Positions 11,019 to 22,300 of a DNA stretch of 64,000 bases are shown here, in pieces. Origin of the DNA: a virus; IMG/VR virus record IMGVR_UViG_3300008261_000027, positions 32,001 to 96,000 of that record, one strand, 5' to 3'. Every line of letters starts with the position of its first letter. Position 1 is the stretch's first letter. The notes under the pieces were generated by a model. The model saw only the letters and a list, made by a program, of their open reading frames with translations, did no database searches and was not told where the DNA came from. The position numbers and the translations under genes are program-made.

Positions 11019-11051
11019 CCCTTGAGAATGTCTTTAATTATTAGAACGGAA
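11019..11051 (-). terminator. Long hairpin between SSB and uvsX (attenuator or processing site)
   Basis: Minus strand ACATTCTCAAGGG-TGCATAG-CCTTTGAGAATGT with only a short T run after it. Confidence 0.5.
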
Positions 11052-11892
11052 GATTCTCGTCAGTATCCGCATCTTCTTGTGGGTCTGGTAGTTCAGCACT
11101 TGTGCTAGATCCGCCACCCATCATTGCTTCTGCTTCTTCACCATAAACAAACTTTTTCAGTTTGTCATTCCATTTAGGAACATACCCCTCAGCAACACCC
11201 TGAAGATATTCAATAGGTTTTTTGGAATACGCATCTTGCCAAGTAAGTGTGTTTGATAACCAAAGTTCTTTTTGTTCTTTGTTTTCACTTAATGGCGATT
11301 TATCATCAGGAATTACACTTGTAATTGCAGTGTATTCACCGCCAAGAGGATTCTTCAAAACATTTAAAGTAAGAGTCAAATCTCTACCTGTTTCTGGATC
11401 TGTGATGTCTTCTCTTTTAGCCTTCATGACATCCATAATCTTATTATAAGCTCCATCACTTTTAAGACTATGCTTAATTCTCCAGAATTTAACACCATCT
11501 TGCTCATTGTCCCTGTCGATAACACGGAAAATATAGAACTTTCTTGAACGATACTGGCCAGCAAGTTTCTTATCTGCTTCACTACCAGTCATTCTTAGTG
11601 CATCACCAACCTCATTTAATGGGGATTTTTCACCATCTTGTGCAGGATCGTACAATTTTACCCATTTTTTATCCACCTGAACTTCGTGGAAATATTTTTC
11701 GGTCCAAAACACTTGTTGACCTTCTAGTGGAGGTAGAATTCTAATCCTTTTCATTCCGCTTGTTTGTCCCTTTGGGAGGATTGCAGCGAAATACATTTTT
11801 AATCTTTCTTCAGAGCTGATTTTTTGCGCTGAACTGCTTGACTGAGTATTTTTTTCATACTGCGCCAATGCTGCTTCTAATACGTTAGACAT
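11041..11892 (-). CDS. Single-stranded DNA-binding protein (T4 gp32-like)
   Basis: IRILPP, VIDRDNEQDGVKFW, DITDPETGRDLTL, acidic C-terminal tail ending ENLPF. Confidence 0.85.
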   Translation of the reverse strand: MSNVLEAALAQYEKNTQSSSSAQKISSEERLKMYFAAILPKGQTSGMKRIRILPPLEGQQVFWTEKYFHEVQVDKKWVKLYDPAQDGEKSPLNEVGDALRMTGSEADKKLAGQYRSRKFYIFRVIDRDNEQDGVKFWRIKHSLKSDGAYNKIMDVMKAKREDITDPETGRDLTLTLNVLKNPLGGEYTAITSVIPDDKSPLSENKEQKELWLSNTLTWQDAYSKKPIEYLQGVAEGYVPKWNDKLKKFVYGEEAEAMMGGGSSTSAELPDPQEDADTDENLPF

Positions 11893-11936
11893 AGTTTTTA
11901 ATTTAAAATTGTTAATAATCTTAGGATAAGATAAAT

Positions 11937-11964
11937 AAAAAAACCCAGATAAAAAAATCTGGGT
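11937..11964 (-). terminator. Intrinsic terminator
   Basis: Minus strand ACCCAGAT-TTTTTT-ATCTGGGT followed by a T-tract, downstream of the Dps-like gene. Confidence 0.75.
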
Positions 11965-11990
11965 CTCTTTTTTTAAATATTTTTTTTTCT

Positions 11991-12371
11991 TTACTCTAAA
12001 GTCAAAAGATAAGCTAATTTATTGATTGAAGCTAACATTTCGTCCCTTAAATTTAATAAATCTGTATCAGATTGTGCTGAAAGGTCTTTTGATATGCCAA
12101 TTAAAGCTGTTTTTGTTTTTTGTAAAAACTCAACAATATCTACTTCCGGTAAATTTTCAATTGTAATGGTTTTGTTTTGTTCTTGTAAAATAAATCTACC
12201 ATGTTTACCCATACACACCTCAACATATTCGTCAATAAGCCCTTCTAAAGTTTCGTATGTTTCGCCAAATGCTTTATGTCTAGCATACCCTTTAGTTTGC
12301 CAGTGAAGCACCTTTAATTGTAGTTGAGTATGGAAAAAGAAATTAATATTGGAATCTAGATTCTTGTTCAT
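11991..12371 (-). CDS. Dps/ferritin-like four-helix protein (DUF5856-like)
   Basis: LHWQTKGYARHKAFGETYETLEGLIDEYVE resembles the Dps HW..H..D...E ferroxidase helices. Confidence 0.75.
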   Translation of the reverse strand: MNKNLDSNINFFFHTQLQLKVLHWQTKGYARHKAFGETYETLEGLIDEYVEVCMGKHGRFILQEQNKTITIENLPEVDIVEFLQKTKTALIGISKDLSAQSDTDLLNLRDEMLASINKLAYLLTLE

Positions 12372-12984
12372 CGTTACTATAAGGATTAAATGTTTTTGCT
12401 AATTCTTCTTTAGAATAGTTCTCTACGTCACTTTTTGTTAAAACATACTCATTTTTACCGCTAGCTCTCATTTCATCTTGCTTGTTTGCAAAAAATTCTT
12501 GAGGTTTTTGGTTAAACGGATACGAATCCAACGAACGCATTTCTAATTTTTCTTGTGGGGTTGCTGGTTTCATCTGTTCAACCTTAGAACCAAGTTGTTC
12601 AATTTTATCAAGAACAGCGTCCATGTTACCAAGTTTCATTTCCAAATCATCTAATTTAGAAAAAACGTCATCCATTTTTCTTAAAACGTTGTCGTTCTCG
12701 TTTTTAGACATTTCAAGTTCATTTTTGATATTTTTGGTCATATTAACCAAATCAGTAACATCAACTTCCTCAGTGCTTTCCGCTGGCTCGTCCATCATAG
12801 GTGGTGGAGGGGCCATTTCAGGTGAAGCGGCACCAGCATCCGCTGCTGGAGCATCCATAGGTGCGTCAGCTGGAGGTGGTGGTAATGGGCTCGCGTCTTG
12901 TTCATTAATTAAATAATGATTGCTGGCGTTTCTGTTAATAGACTTAAATCTATTTATCTCTTCTAATAATTTTTGTTCTAACAT
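12343..12984 (-). CDS. Hypothetical Pro/acidic-rich coiled-coil protein, possibly head-internal
   Basis: N-terminal LLEEINRFKSI..LINEQ, Pro/Ala low-complexity linker, heptad coiled coil. Confidence 0.7.
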   Translation of the reverse strand: MLEQKLLEEINRFKSINRNASNHYLINEQDASPLPPPPADAPMDAPAADAGAASPEMAPPPPMMDEPAESTEEVDVTDLVNMTKNIKNELEMSKNENDNVLRKMDDVFSKLDDLEMKLGNMDAVLDKIEQLGSKVEQMKPATPQEKLEMRSLDSYPFNQKPQEFFANKQDEMRASGKNEYVLTKSDVENYSKEELAKTFNPYSNDEQESRFQY

Positions 12985-12988
12985 AGTT

Positions 12989-13186
12989 TTAGTCTTGTAA
13001 TAATTGTCTACCGTCTTCGGTAATATATTTTTTATTAATTCTTTCTACAATACCATCTTTGGATCTGATAATATAACATTCCCCAGTTTGTAGATCACAC
13101 TCTTCTCTTTCAATCGCACTATTAGCAACCGGCTTTGAAGCTTTAGGGGCTAAAAACTGGTCTAATGATTTATTAATTTTTTCCAT
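12989..13186 (-). CDS. Small hypothetical protein
   Basis: Likely start ATG 13186 (MEKINKSL) after TATTTATA; contains ECDLQTGEC. Confidence 0.7.
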   Translation of the reverse strand: MEKINKSLDQFLAPKASKPVANSAIEREECDLQTGECYIIRSKDGIVERINKKYITEDGRQLLQD

Positions 13187-13232
13187 AATTTTAAATATTA
13201 TTACTATAAATATTATAAAAATGAGTATTTTA

Positions 13233-16200
13233 CTAAATAAGTCTAAAATAAACGACATCCCCTTCGTTTACCTTTAATTTTCTCATCAACATTGAGTTCA
13301 TACCTATTCCATAATTACCAATACTTTGGTCTGGGCCGTTAAGTACAGGTCCATTATATAGATTTGTTGTTGCATCTCTTGTCGATACAAGTGTATATTT
13401 TGCATTCGTTCTAGGATTTAAAAACTCAGTTTTATAGTTTAATAATTTTTCTTTATTTGCTTGACTTCCGTTTAATCTAACTGAATAGTATTCTCCTAAC
13501 GAGTTTTTAATATTTTCCCATTTTTTGATTATGTTTTCCGTAGAGCTAAGCCCAGAAATAAGGTCCATAGCAACTTTGTCATCAATTGGATTATTTGTAC
13601 CACCCATTCTAACAACTCTAGCTCTTAACCATTGATTATTGTTTCCACCAAGATCTATCAATTGAACATATTTCTCTTCTTTACCATTATATTTTGCTCC
13701 ATTATATGGGATCATTTCTTGATAAAAACCAGATGTATAAACTAATTTTTTGTATAAATCTTCGCCAGCCAACTCATTACCTGGATTAATATTGGCGCTT
13801 TCACTATTTGGTAATGTTATTGTTTTTTCTGTTGTTTGTTGACTATCTATTTGTTGTTTTTTTCTTATTGCTGATGATAGCAACTTACTAAATAGAGGTC
13901 TATAACTAGCCATGAAAGAATTTTCTAGGTTTGGTAGACTACTGTTTGAAAGTCTGACACCAGTCAGTGTTGTTTCAATAGTGTTGTCAGATATGCTATG
14001 GGTAACATCAAAAACAAGATAGGTTCCTTCAAACATAGGTACGTTTGCCAAATAAAAATACATGGTTGGTTGTATCATTACATTACCCATCATCTTAACG
14101 GTACACTGATAAGATGCAGTTTTGTAGATATCAAATAATCCAATATCTACCTGGTGGGTTCCACCACCACCCTGTGATCTGGCTAATCTTTCTTGTGCTA
14201 AAGCACTTTCTGTAGTATTTTTATACGTGCTTTGATCTAAAGATATTTCTTTAAAAATACCTTGACTATAATCACCAAAATTAATTTCAAATGAAACCAC
14301 TCTATTTGATTTAGATAGATCTGCATCCATAAAAATCTTTGGTTCTACTAATAGTGGATTTCTTGTTGTATCTTTAATATCAAATCCATCATTTTTAAAT
14401 TTAAATTTTTTATTTACCCTTTGCATGTCCAAATACTTAGATGTACCGTTAACATACTGTAGGATAATCTTTGGTGTTGCATCTTGATAATCAACATCGA
14501 GATGGGTACCAAATAAATTTTTTGCTAAATTTTTTGATGGAGTTATTCTAGATTTGTTTGAAGAGTTTGTTCCATAAAAATTGATGTATGCCGGAAGTGG
14601 TCTCATATCAAAATTAGTACCCTGTATTAAAATTGATACAGCTGAATATAAGTCTACTTTAATGTTTTTTTCATCACTAAGAGAAATTAATCTTTCTAGT
14701 GAGATGTACGCATCGTCACCAATATCTCTGTTTGCTTTATCTAAAAACAAAAACTCGTCCATAAGGTGTCTTTGTCCAATCGCATTACCAGAAATCCATT
14801 TATCGTTAAAAGATTTAAAAAACTGATATAAATCTAATTTTGTTGTCTTGGCTTCATTGAATCCATGATAAATTGTGATTTTATTATTTTGATCATTGTT
14901 GACCTGAAAATCTTTTGATTGTAATTTCACAATAAGGTTAGATAGGTAATTAAATAAACGTGTTTTTTCTGGTTCAGTAATTTGTGTTTTAATATAATTA
15001 ACAAAAGTAGTTTTTGTTATTGCTGTTGTTTGTCTTTTCGCCCATCCAGCATAAATTCTTGCTAATTCTCTATGGTTAATAATGTTTTCTTCATTAATTT
15101 CTATGTCTGCCAAAGAAAAGAAATCCCTATAATATGTTGTTGGTGTTGTGCCGGTATAGGCTTCCTCACCAATATATAGCTTTATTAAGTTTAGGTTGCT
15201 CGCAGTTAATTGTGATGCGTTGTATGAACCAAGGCTATAATTTTGACTATCACCAATAAATCCAAATAATGTATAATCATCTATTTGTTTTGGATTACCT
15301 AATCTTAACACTTTTAGATTTTCATTACTTAATAAATTTTTAGTTATTTGTTCTAGATTTTTTTCTTGGTTTTGAATTATATTAAGCTTATGATTATCAT
15401 TTGAAAAATCAATATTTTCTTTTGAAATTGAACATACTGCTTTTAATAAACCTTGAAAAGTTTTGTAATCTTGAACTGTATTCTTCGTATCTATTTGTAG
15501 ATTTAATGAAGAAAACACTAAAAACATTTCTTCCATTTTATCTAATAATGCTGGACTAAATGTTGCGATCAGATCAACAAACTTTCTTTGTTCCCCGATT
15601 AACGAATATACCCCATCCACATTTTTAAATGTTTCACCATAAGCTGGCATGGTGAAGGTGTTATAAGGTGTTAATGTATCATACACACCAGGATTATTTA
15701 AAATAATTTTAAATGAATCTTGTTCAAAATAACTAAAGTTTGTTGTTAAGTTTTTAACATCACTAAAAATTTGTGATGAAGGTAAAACAGTGTATCTAGT
15801 ATCGTTTACAGAAAATATACTATTATCAACAAAGCTGGTTAATGAATAACCTGGGCCGCCAGATGTTTTGTTTACTGAATATTTTGTTATTCCACTTGTA
15901 ACCGTATCGGCATATAATTGAGTTACGTTTGTTGTAGAAGCGGATACTTCAGTAAATCCAGATGGATTATAAAAACTATATCCATTTGTTATTTGATGAA
16001 AAATTCCAAAATAGTATGGATACAGACCAATATATTGATTTGAATTATAGGTAACCGCTGTCATTGGCGCAGTTATTCCAGATAAATTAAATGTTACATT
16101 TGTTGCATTGTCAAAAAAAGTACTACCACTAATAGAAGTTGTTGCGCCGCTGATAATATCAACCCCGTCTTTTAAATATCTTTTATATCTATGGTATTGT

Positions 16201-19034
16201 GAACCCCACTTTAATAATAGGTGATATGGAACGAAATGTGTCGCAGATATTTCTTTAAATAAAGAAGATATCAATACTTTGTTTCCGTTAAAATCTATTT
16301 CATCATCTAAGTCTTTGTATGGTAATGAATTTAATAAAAGATAAGCCGATCCAACATACCTGTTTGCAACGCCACCTTTTAAAAAGTCATTATATAACTG
16401 TTTATGGAAATATGGAGTATTTAATAAATTTTCATAAAAATCAACCGAATCTCCACTACTGTTTATTGCAGTTAATTTTATTTTATTTGAAAAAATATTT
16501 TGATCAAATCCTAATTGTAACCAAGCTTCTGGTTTAACTGGTGAACTAATAAAACTGTCATTAACATTTATAGAAAATACATTCTTAAATTTATAGTCAC
16601 TAGCAGATAAAGATTTTTTTAAATATTGTTTATATAAATCAGATCCAAAAGGAAATTCATATAATCTATATTCTTCTATTGAATAGTCATTTATTGCTGC
16701 TTGTAAATTTGGGTGCTCGGTGCTAGTGGCTGTGTTATTATTTGAAGCTGTATAATCAATAATTTCAAAATCTTGGTCAACTAATTCTTTTATATATTCA
16801 ACGGTCGAAAGTTTGTTTTGAAAAAATGGAAACCTTTCTTTTGTTCTTAAGGTATATAAAAGACTATTTGTTTCTCCGTTTACGGTCTTAACTTGATTTT
16901 TTATTAAATCTTTTATATCAATATCATTTTCTAATGAACTTTTTAATGTTTCAAATTCTGCGTTAACAATCTCTTCTAAACCTTTACCATATTGAAAATT
17001 ATTGTACGATGTAACATAAAATGCTCTTTCATATATTTCATACAATACATTTATTATAGATTTATCTGTATATGGGATAACACGATCTATTTCAAATAGT
17101 GTGCTTATTTTTTTAACGTTTCTTCTTTCTTGGTCATTATCAAAAATGAATGATAAATCAGATGAATCAATTTCTGTACCTGTTAATGGATCAACTCTTT
17201 TTGTTGCAACACTATTATATGTTTCAATAAATTCCACTTCCGGCCATAAACTAAAATCATTTCCTTTTGTATCACTAACAATTGCTGGATCAGCTGGGTA
17301 AAAAGATACGTCTCGCTCACTATCATCCTTTTTCAATATTTCTGGCCAAGGATAAAAATATTCATCTTTATTCTTATCTGTTGGTTTTACTAAATTACCT
17401 TTTCTTTCATTAGATTTTTGTATGGCTTTTTGATGAACATCTTTCATCAATCTGATATAGGTGTCAGCATTTGCTAATATAACCGCAAAAATATTTCTAA
17501 TAGTTGGTTTGAACCCAAAGCCACCCATATTTGGATTTTGGATAACTTTGTTCATCTCTTCTTCAATTTTAAGTTCAACTGAATTTCTACTAGTAATGAA
17601 AGTTGCTTGTATTGCTTTAATTTCATTAACTAATTTTTCAATAGCAACACCATATGTACCATTTTCAAGTGTATAAAAATCACCTATGTTTCTAATTCGA
17701 TCAATTGAAATTGGTGTAGTTGTTATTGTAAAATCTTCACCATTACTTTTTTTTGCTCTTTCCGATGATTTTTTTCCAAATGCAGTATTTTTTTCAGAAT
17801 TAGCTATAAAGAAATTTATTAGGTATTGTAACGACTTTTTATTTTCACCATTTGTGATTATATCTGAGCTTATAGGCCCATTAGTAAGTTTTGTTTGGTC
17901 ATTTAATGCTTTTATTAATCTATAATATTTGTAAACTGTTTGAGTTCCATCACTATTAGTGATAGTTTCGGTTTTTACCTCGTTCTCAGTTGAATTTAAA
18001 TTTCTATTACTCCAAGAAACAATGCTTCTTTCAAAACTATCTAATAGCGCATCAAATTCCGCAACGTGTGTTAATACGGTTGGGTCGACAGTTTCTGAAA
18101 ATAGTTGTGCCTCAATTATTTTATCTAGGGATTTTGCAGTCATAATTAAATCCCTTAGCGTTTTATCTGGAAAATCTTGGGGAATATAACCCTTTGCTTT
18201 GTAATCTGAATAAATTGATTTTAATATTGAAAATCCTTTTGTTGTTTTGGATATTTTCTTTTCAATAAGTCCAGTTTTTTCATTAACTCTATATGGTTCA
18301 TCTTGTTTTTCAACCATATACATGAATGGTGCATTAACGGCATTTTGAAAAAGTATATCATTTAGAAATGCGTATGAAGAACCAACAAACTTTGCAATAA
18401 TTTCAAAATTTCCGGTTGACCCATTAAACTTAGATTTAAAATCAACCATTTGTATTCTATATCGAATAGCTTTACCATAATAACCCTTTACTGTTAAATA
18501 AAATATTGGCCACGGCTGATGAAAAAAAGCGCTATATGGTGAATTTGCTGGTGCTTCAAATAATGTCTTTCCTCTTACATCTAAAAAGTTTATTGTTATT
18601 TGAGGGATATTGTTAACACCTTTTGTTATGATTGTTATATTCTGTATACCAAAAGTTTGTGCGGTTGGATCGTAAACCGCTTCGCCGCCCGTTGTTCTAT
18701 TTAGCCCAACATTTTTTCTAGAAACAAAAGTTTCAGTCCAATTAGTGTCTAGGTTATTTTCAAATTCGTTTTTATCCCCTTGATTTCTTAGTAAATTAAA
18801 TGAACCTTCAGCTATACTTAAAAGTGTGCTTTGTTGCCCATCGGCATAGAAAGTCGTTCTTGGAACCAAATCTGCTTCCAAGTTAACATACATAACTAGA
18901 TTTTCATGATCAACAAGTCTTGATTGTATTTGTCCATTACTATCAACTATACTATTTGGGTCAATATGTATAATGTTTTGTTGATCAACTGTTACTAATA
19001 TGTTCTCACTCTGATTTATTTTATCATTCGCCAT
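13233..19034 (-). CDS. Large baseplate hub protein (gp27/VgrG-like)
   Basis: 1933 aa; CTVKMMGNVMIQPTMYFYL..FEGTYLVFDVTHSI..TTLTGVR resembles the hub C-terminal barrel; follows LysM/gp53-like gene. Confidence 0.7.
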   Translation of the reverse strand: MANDKINQSENILVTVDQQNIIHIDPNSIVDSNGQIQSRLVDHENLVMYVNLEADLVPRTTFYADGQQSTLLSIAEGSFNLLRNQGDKNEFENNLDTNWTETFVSRKNVGLNRTTGGEAVYDPTAQTFGIQNITIITKGVNNIPQITINFLDVRGKTLFEAPANSPYSAFFHQPWPIFYLTVKGYYGKAIRYRIQMVDFKSKFNGSTGNFEIIAKFVGSSYAFLNDILFQNAVNAPFMYMVEKQDEPYRVNEKTGLIEKKISKTTKGFSILKSIYSDYKAKGYIPQDFPDKTLRDLIMTAKSLDKIIEAQLFSETVDPTVLTHVAEFDALLDSFERSIVSWSNRNLNSTENEVKTETITNSDGTQTVYKYYRLIKALNDQTKLTNGPISSDIITNGENKKSLQYLINFFIANSEKNTAFGKKSSERAKKSNGEDFTITTTPISIDRIRNIGDFYTLENGTYGVAIEKLVNEIKAIQATFITSRNSVELKIEEEMNKVIQNPNMGGFGFKPTIRNIFAVILANADTYIRLMKDVHQKAIQKSNERKGNLVKPTDKNKDEYFYPWPEILKKDDSERDVSFYPADPAIVSDTKGNDFSLWPEVEFIETYNSVATKRVDPLTGTEIDSSDLSFIFDNDQERRNVKKISTLFEIDRVIPYTDKSIINVLYEIYERAFYVTSYNNFQYGKGLEEIVNAEFETLKSSLENDIDIKDLIKNQVKTVNGETNSLLYTLRTKERFPFFQNKLSTVEYIKELVDQDFEIIDYTASNNNTATSTEHPNLQAAINDYSIEEYRLYEFPFGSDLYKQYLKKSLSASDYKFKNVFSINVNDSFISSPVKPEAWLQLGFDQNIFSNKIKLTAINSSGDSVDFYENLLNTPYFHKQLYNDFLKGGVANRYVGSAYLLLNSLPYKDLDDEIDFNGNKVLISSLFKEISATHFVPYHLLLKWGSQYHRYKRYLKDGVDIISGATTSISGSTFFDNATNVTFNLSGITAPMTAVTYNSNQYIGLYPYYFGIFHQITNGYSFYNPSGFTEVSASTTNVTQLYADTVTSGITKYSVNKTSGGPGYSLTSFVDNSIFSVNDTRYTVLPSSQIFSDVKNLTTNFSYFEQDSFKIILNNPGVYDTLTPYNTFTMPAYGETFKNVDGVYSLIGEQRKFVDLIATFSPALLDKMEEMFLVFSSLNLQIDTKNTVQDYKTFQGLLKAVCSISKENIDFSNDNHKLNIIQNQEKNLEQITKNLLSNENLKVLRLGNPKQIDDYTLFGFIGDSQNYSLGSYNASQLTASNLNLIKLYIGEEAYTGTTPTTYYRDFFSLADIEINEENIINHRELARIYAGWAKRQTTAITKTTFVNYIKTQITEPEKTRLFNYLSNLIVKLQSKDFQVNNDQNNKITIYHGFNEAKTTKLDLYQFFKSFNDKWISGNAIGQRHLMDEFLFLDKANRDIGDDAYISLERLISLSDEKNIKVDLYSAVSILIQGTNFDMRPLPAYINFYGTNSSNKSRITPSKNLAKNLFGTHLDVDYQDATPKIILQYVNGTSKYLDMQRVNKKFKFKNDGFDIKDTTRNPLLVEPKIFMDADLSKSNRVVSFEINFGDYSQGIFKEISLDQSTYKNTTESALAQERLARSQGGGGTHQVDIGLFDIYKTASYQCTVKMMGNVMIQPTMYFYLANVPMFEGTYLVFDVTHSISDNTIETTLTGVRLSNSSLPNLENSFMASYRPLFSKLLSSAIRKKQQIDSQQTTEKTITLPNSESANINPGNELAGEDLYKKLVYTSGFYQEMIPYNGAKYNGKEEKYVQLIDLGGNNNQWLRARVVRMGGTNNPIDDKVAMDLISGLSSTENIIKKWENIKNSLGEYYSVRLNGSQANKEKLLNYKTEFLNPRTNAKYTLVSTRDATTNLYNGPVLNGPDQSIGNYGIGMNSMLMRKLKVNEGDVVYFRLI

Positions 19035-19344
19035 AGTATAGCTTATACAATTCTACGTTCTTTTTATAATCTTGTAAAGTATTAATCAACGGATATGGTA
19101 TTCTAACAATAGAATTGTCTGGTATTTCAAATTCTAATGAACCTAATTTTGGATTAGCTTGCATTATAAGCCAACCAAATAATGGTGTTCCATAATATTC
19201 CTGAGATAGTTTATCCATCCTGTGCTTACCTCTTTTATACTGAGTAAATTTATCAGTACCTTTTAAAGGTATTTCAATACCAGGAACAATCTGATGTTCC
19301 CCATCGACGTTAAAATACTCGTATCTATTAAAATATTGATTCAT
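19024..19344 (-). CDS. LysM-like baseplate protein (T4 gp53 / P2 gpX-like)
   Basis: RMDKLSQEYYGTPLFGWLIMQANP...IVRIP. Confidence 0.8.
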   Translation of the reverse strand: MNQYFNRYEYFNVDGEHQIVPGIEIPLKGTDKFTQYKRGKHRMDKLSQEYYGTPLFGWLIMQANPKLGSLEFEIPDNSIVRIPYPLINTLQDYKKNVELYKLYYGE

Positions 19345-22300
19345 TATTTAGTTGCTTTTGAAAAATTTAACCTAGTTTCCGTAGAAAAATCTTTTGTATT
19401 GTGTATCTTCTTTATTACCTCTTCCTGACCAGACGTTAATGTTCCAGCAGAAAATGAGTATGGCTCAATTTCTTTTTTAATTTTAACTTCTTTGTATTTA
19501 AAATTTTTATCTTTTGAATCAGATAGATTATTTTTTATAAATTTATTTATTCTCCTACCTATCTTATTAACAGTATTTTCATTAAAAAGATCATCATCCG
19601 GAGAATTAGTGTATTCGGTTTTAATGGCATCTATTTTATCATTCAAAATAAACGATAAAACTTTTTTATATGCTTCATCGCTAATACTTGAACTGGTGAA
19701 ATCAAATGTCGAATCTAGTTCACTTGTAAAAATGCCATGTTTTGTACTTATCAATGTAAAAGCATCTGAATATTTTTCATAGAAATCGGTATTTTGAAAA
19801 TTTGTCAACGACTGTGCTGTAACAGTATTGGTTTCTATTTTCGCATCTATTCCATTTGTTAACATGATAAAGTTTAATTTATCAATATCTTCAATTAATA
19901 AATCCCTAGCATTTTCTAAAGCAGAAATATTTTTATTTTCTTCAATTTTACCCATAAACTCGGTAACATACGTTAAAATTAGTGGGTCAATAATTTTTCT
20001 AGATCTAACATATTTTGTTGATCCTGGTTGCATGTCTAGATCCAGTATTAAATTATGGTCAGAAGAATTAACCTTATCTATAAAACCTTTCTTAAAATTT
20101 TCAAATAGATTTATAAAATCCTTTCCTTTCTTATATCTACCCAATAAAGATATTTGTGTTGCAGCTGTTGTATTTTGAGCATCGACCGAATTTATCGATC
20201 TATATGTTGGGGATATAAACAATGGTAATAATTCTGGGCCAAATAATTTTTGTAATTCGTTATATGTTTGACCAAAAATTTTAAAATAATTATTCGTATT
20301 ATCTATCAATGATTTAATATTGTTTGAATAATTTAATTTTCCACCGTCTATTGCTCCAATATAATTTCCATTTATTGGGCTGTCTGGAGATACTTCTGAA
20401 GTTGGACTATTTGGAGTATCTTTTGGATATAGTTTTTCAAGAAAATCTAAATTAAATTCAATTAACTCTTTTTGATCAACTGTTGATTCGGCTCTGTAAT
20501 CATAAATTTCAGTATTTGCATAGAAATTAGAACTTAATGCATTCTGTAATTTAGCAACTGGTTCTTTAATTCCTTGGCCACCAATAAAATTAATTTGTAA
20601 TGTAACATCTGCTACCATTGGTTGCATTCCGATACCCTCTGGATTAAAATCCCAAGTAGAGTTTTCGAAACTTATGTTCATATTTGTTATGACAATTTTT
20701 GAATGATAAAAATCACCAATTCTCAAAACACAAATAGGTGGTGGACCAAATGAAGTGTTTCTGGCATCAAAATTTAAACTAGAATTTGTTCCCAATCCCT
20801 TAATTGGAATTGTATCACCCGGTCTTAAACATTGTTGTAAAAATGTTAATCTAGAATTTAAACCTTCCGGGGTTGTTGAATGGAATGCTGGATGAAAATA
20901 TTTTAATCTTTCTTTTAAACTACTAAAAACAACTGGATCTGTTTCTTCTAGTTTTTTGAAATAAAAACATTCTGATAATGTTTTCATTATTATTTTCTTA
21001 ACAATATCTAAAGGTGGTTTTCTATTCTTTTCAATTCTATCGGAAACAATTTCTATTTTTTCTGGGCCAATAGTTGTCTTTCCAGGGATTGTTGTCCCAG
21101 GTAAAGTACTCATCTTTGTTTTAGTTTGTATTTCTAATTCAGCGGCTCTACAGAAAAAGGTAACTGGGGCATATAATTTTAACCCACCCTTATTTCTTAT
21201 AATATTTTTATTACAATCATACTCAGTATTAATTGTTGCGTTCTCACCTTTATTTGTAAAATATATTTTTACCGATCCATTTATATCATCGCCATAACCA
21301 AGATCTTTTAATGGTATTGTTCTTTCTTCTTTACTTTCTAATGTTGTGCCGGCTTCTAATTGTGCTGGGGTTGCTTTCCAATAATTTTTTTCTGGAACAC
21401 TAGAAGGCCACTCACCAAGTCTAGATAAATTTTTAATTATATATTTTACAATACTATCGGATCTTCTATATGATAACAAAATATTGTAATCTTCTTCATG
21501 AACAAAAGATGTTGTAGATGTTATGTATATTTGAATATCTTCTATTTCATTTTTTTCGATTAACGGTTTTATTTCCGCTAGCTTTTGTGATAATTTAGAA
21601 AAGTCTGCTTCTAACTGATTGAATCCAGCAATAATTTCATCTCTTTTCTTTAGTTTTAAAGATGATAGTGTTGTACCTGGAATCGATAAAGGATTTTTAT
21701 CTCCAAATATCACCTCTCTATCTAAAACATTATCACTGTTATTAATTGTTAATATATTGTTTAATTGAGTATCTAAAACAGATAAGAAATTATCTTTACC
21801 GGCAATATATTCTTCATAAACTTTATCATAATCTTTATCAGCATACAATCCACTTTGTGGATAAGGAATATCGTTTGGAAAAAATACTTTTCCTTTATAT
21901 TTGTCTATTGGTGTTCCTGGAAGTAAAGTATCTTCAGTAGTTACCTCTTTTTCAACAGTAACGTCACCAGCTATTCTATTAAATGCTATTAAATCCGTAA
22001 CATCTTTAGTGTTTCCGTTTTTATAATAATCTAGATATGATAATATTAATTCAATATCTGTTCTATCTAATGTTGTATATTTTCTAACTAAAGTATAAAA
22101 ATCTATGTCTTCACAACCAGCAAAAATTGCATTCAAATAATTTTCAGCCTCTGCATCACTAATATCTTTTATTAAAAGATTTAATATACTTGGGTGGTCT
22201 ACAACTACTTTAAATGATACTGTTCCTGATCGCTCAGTATCTTTGTATGTATATATTGGTTCTGGTCTACCTAAAAATTTATTAGAATCCCAGTTTGCAG

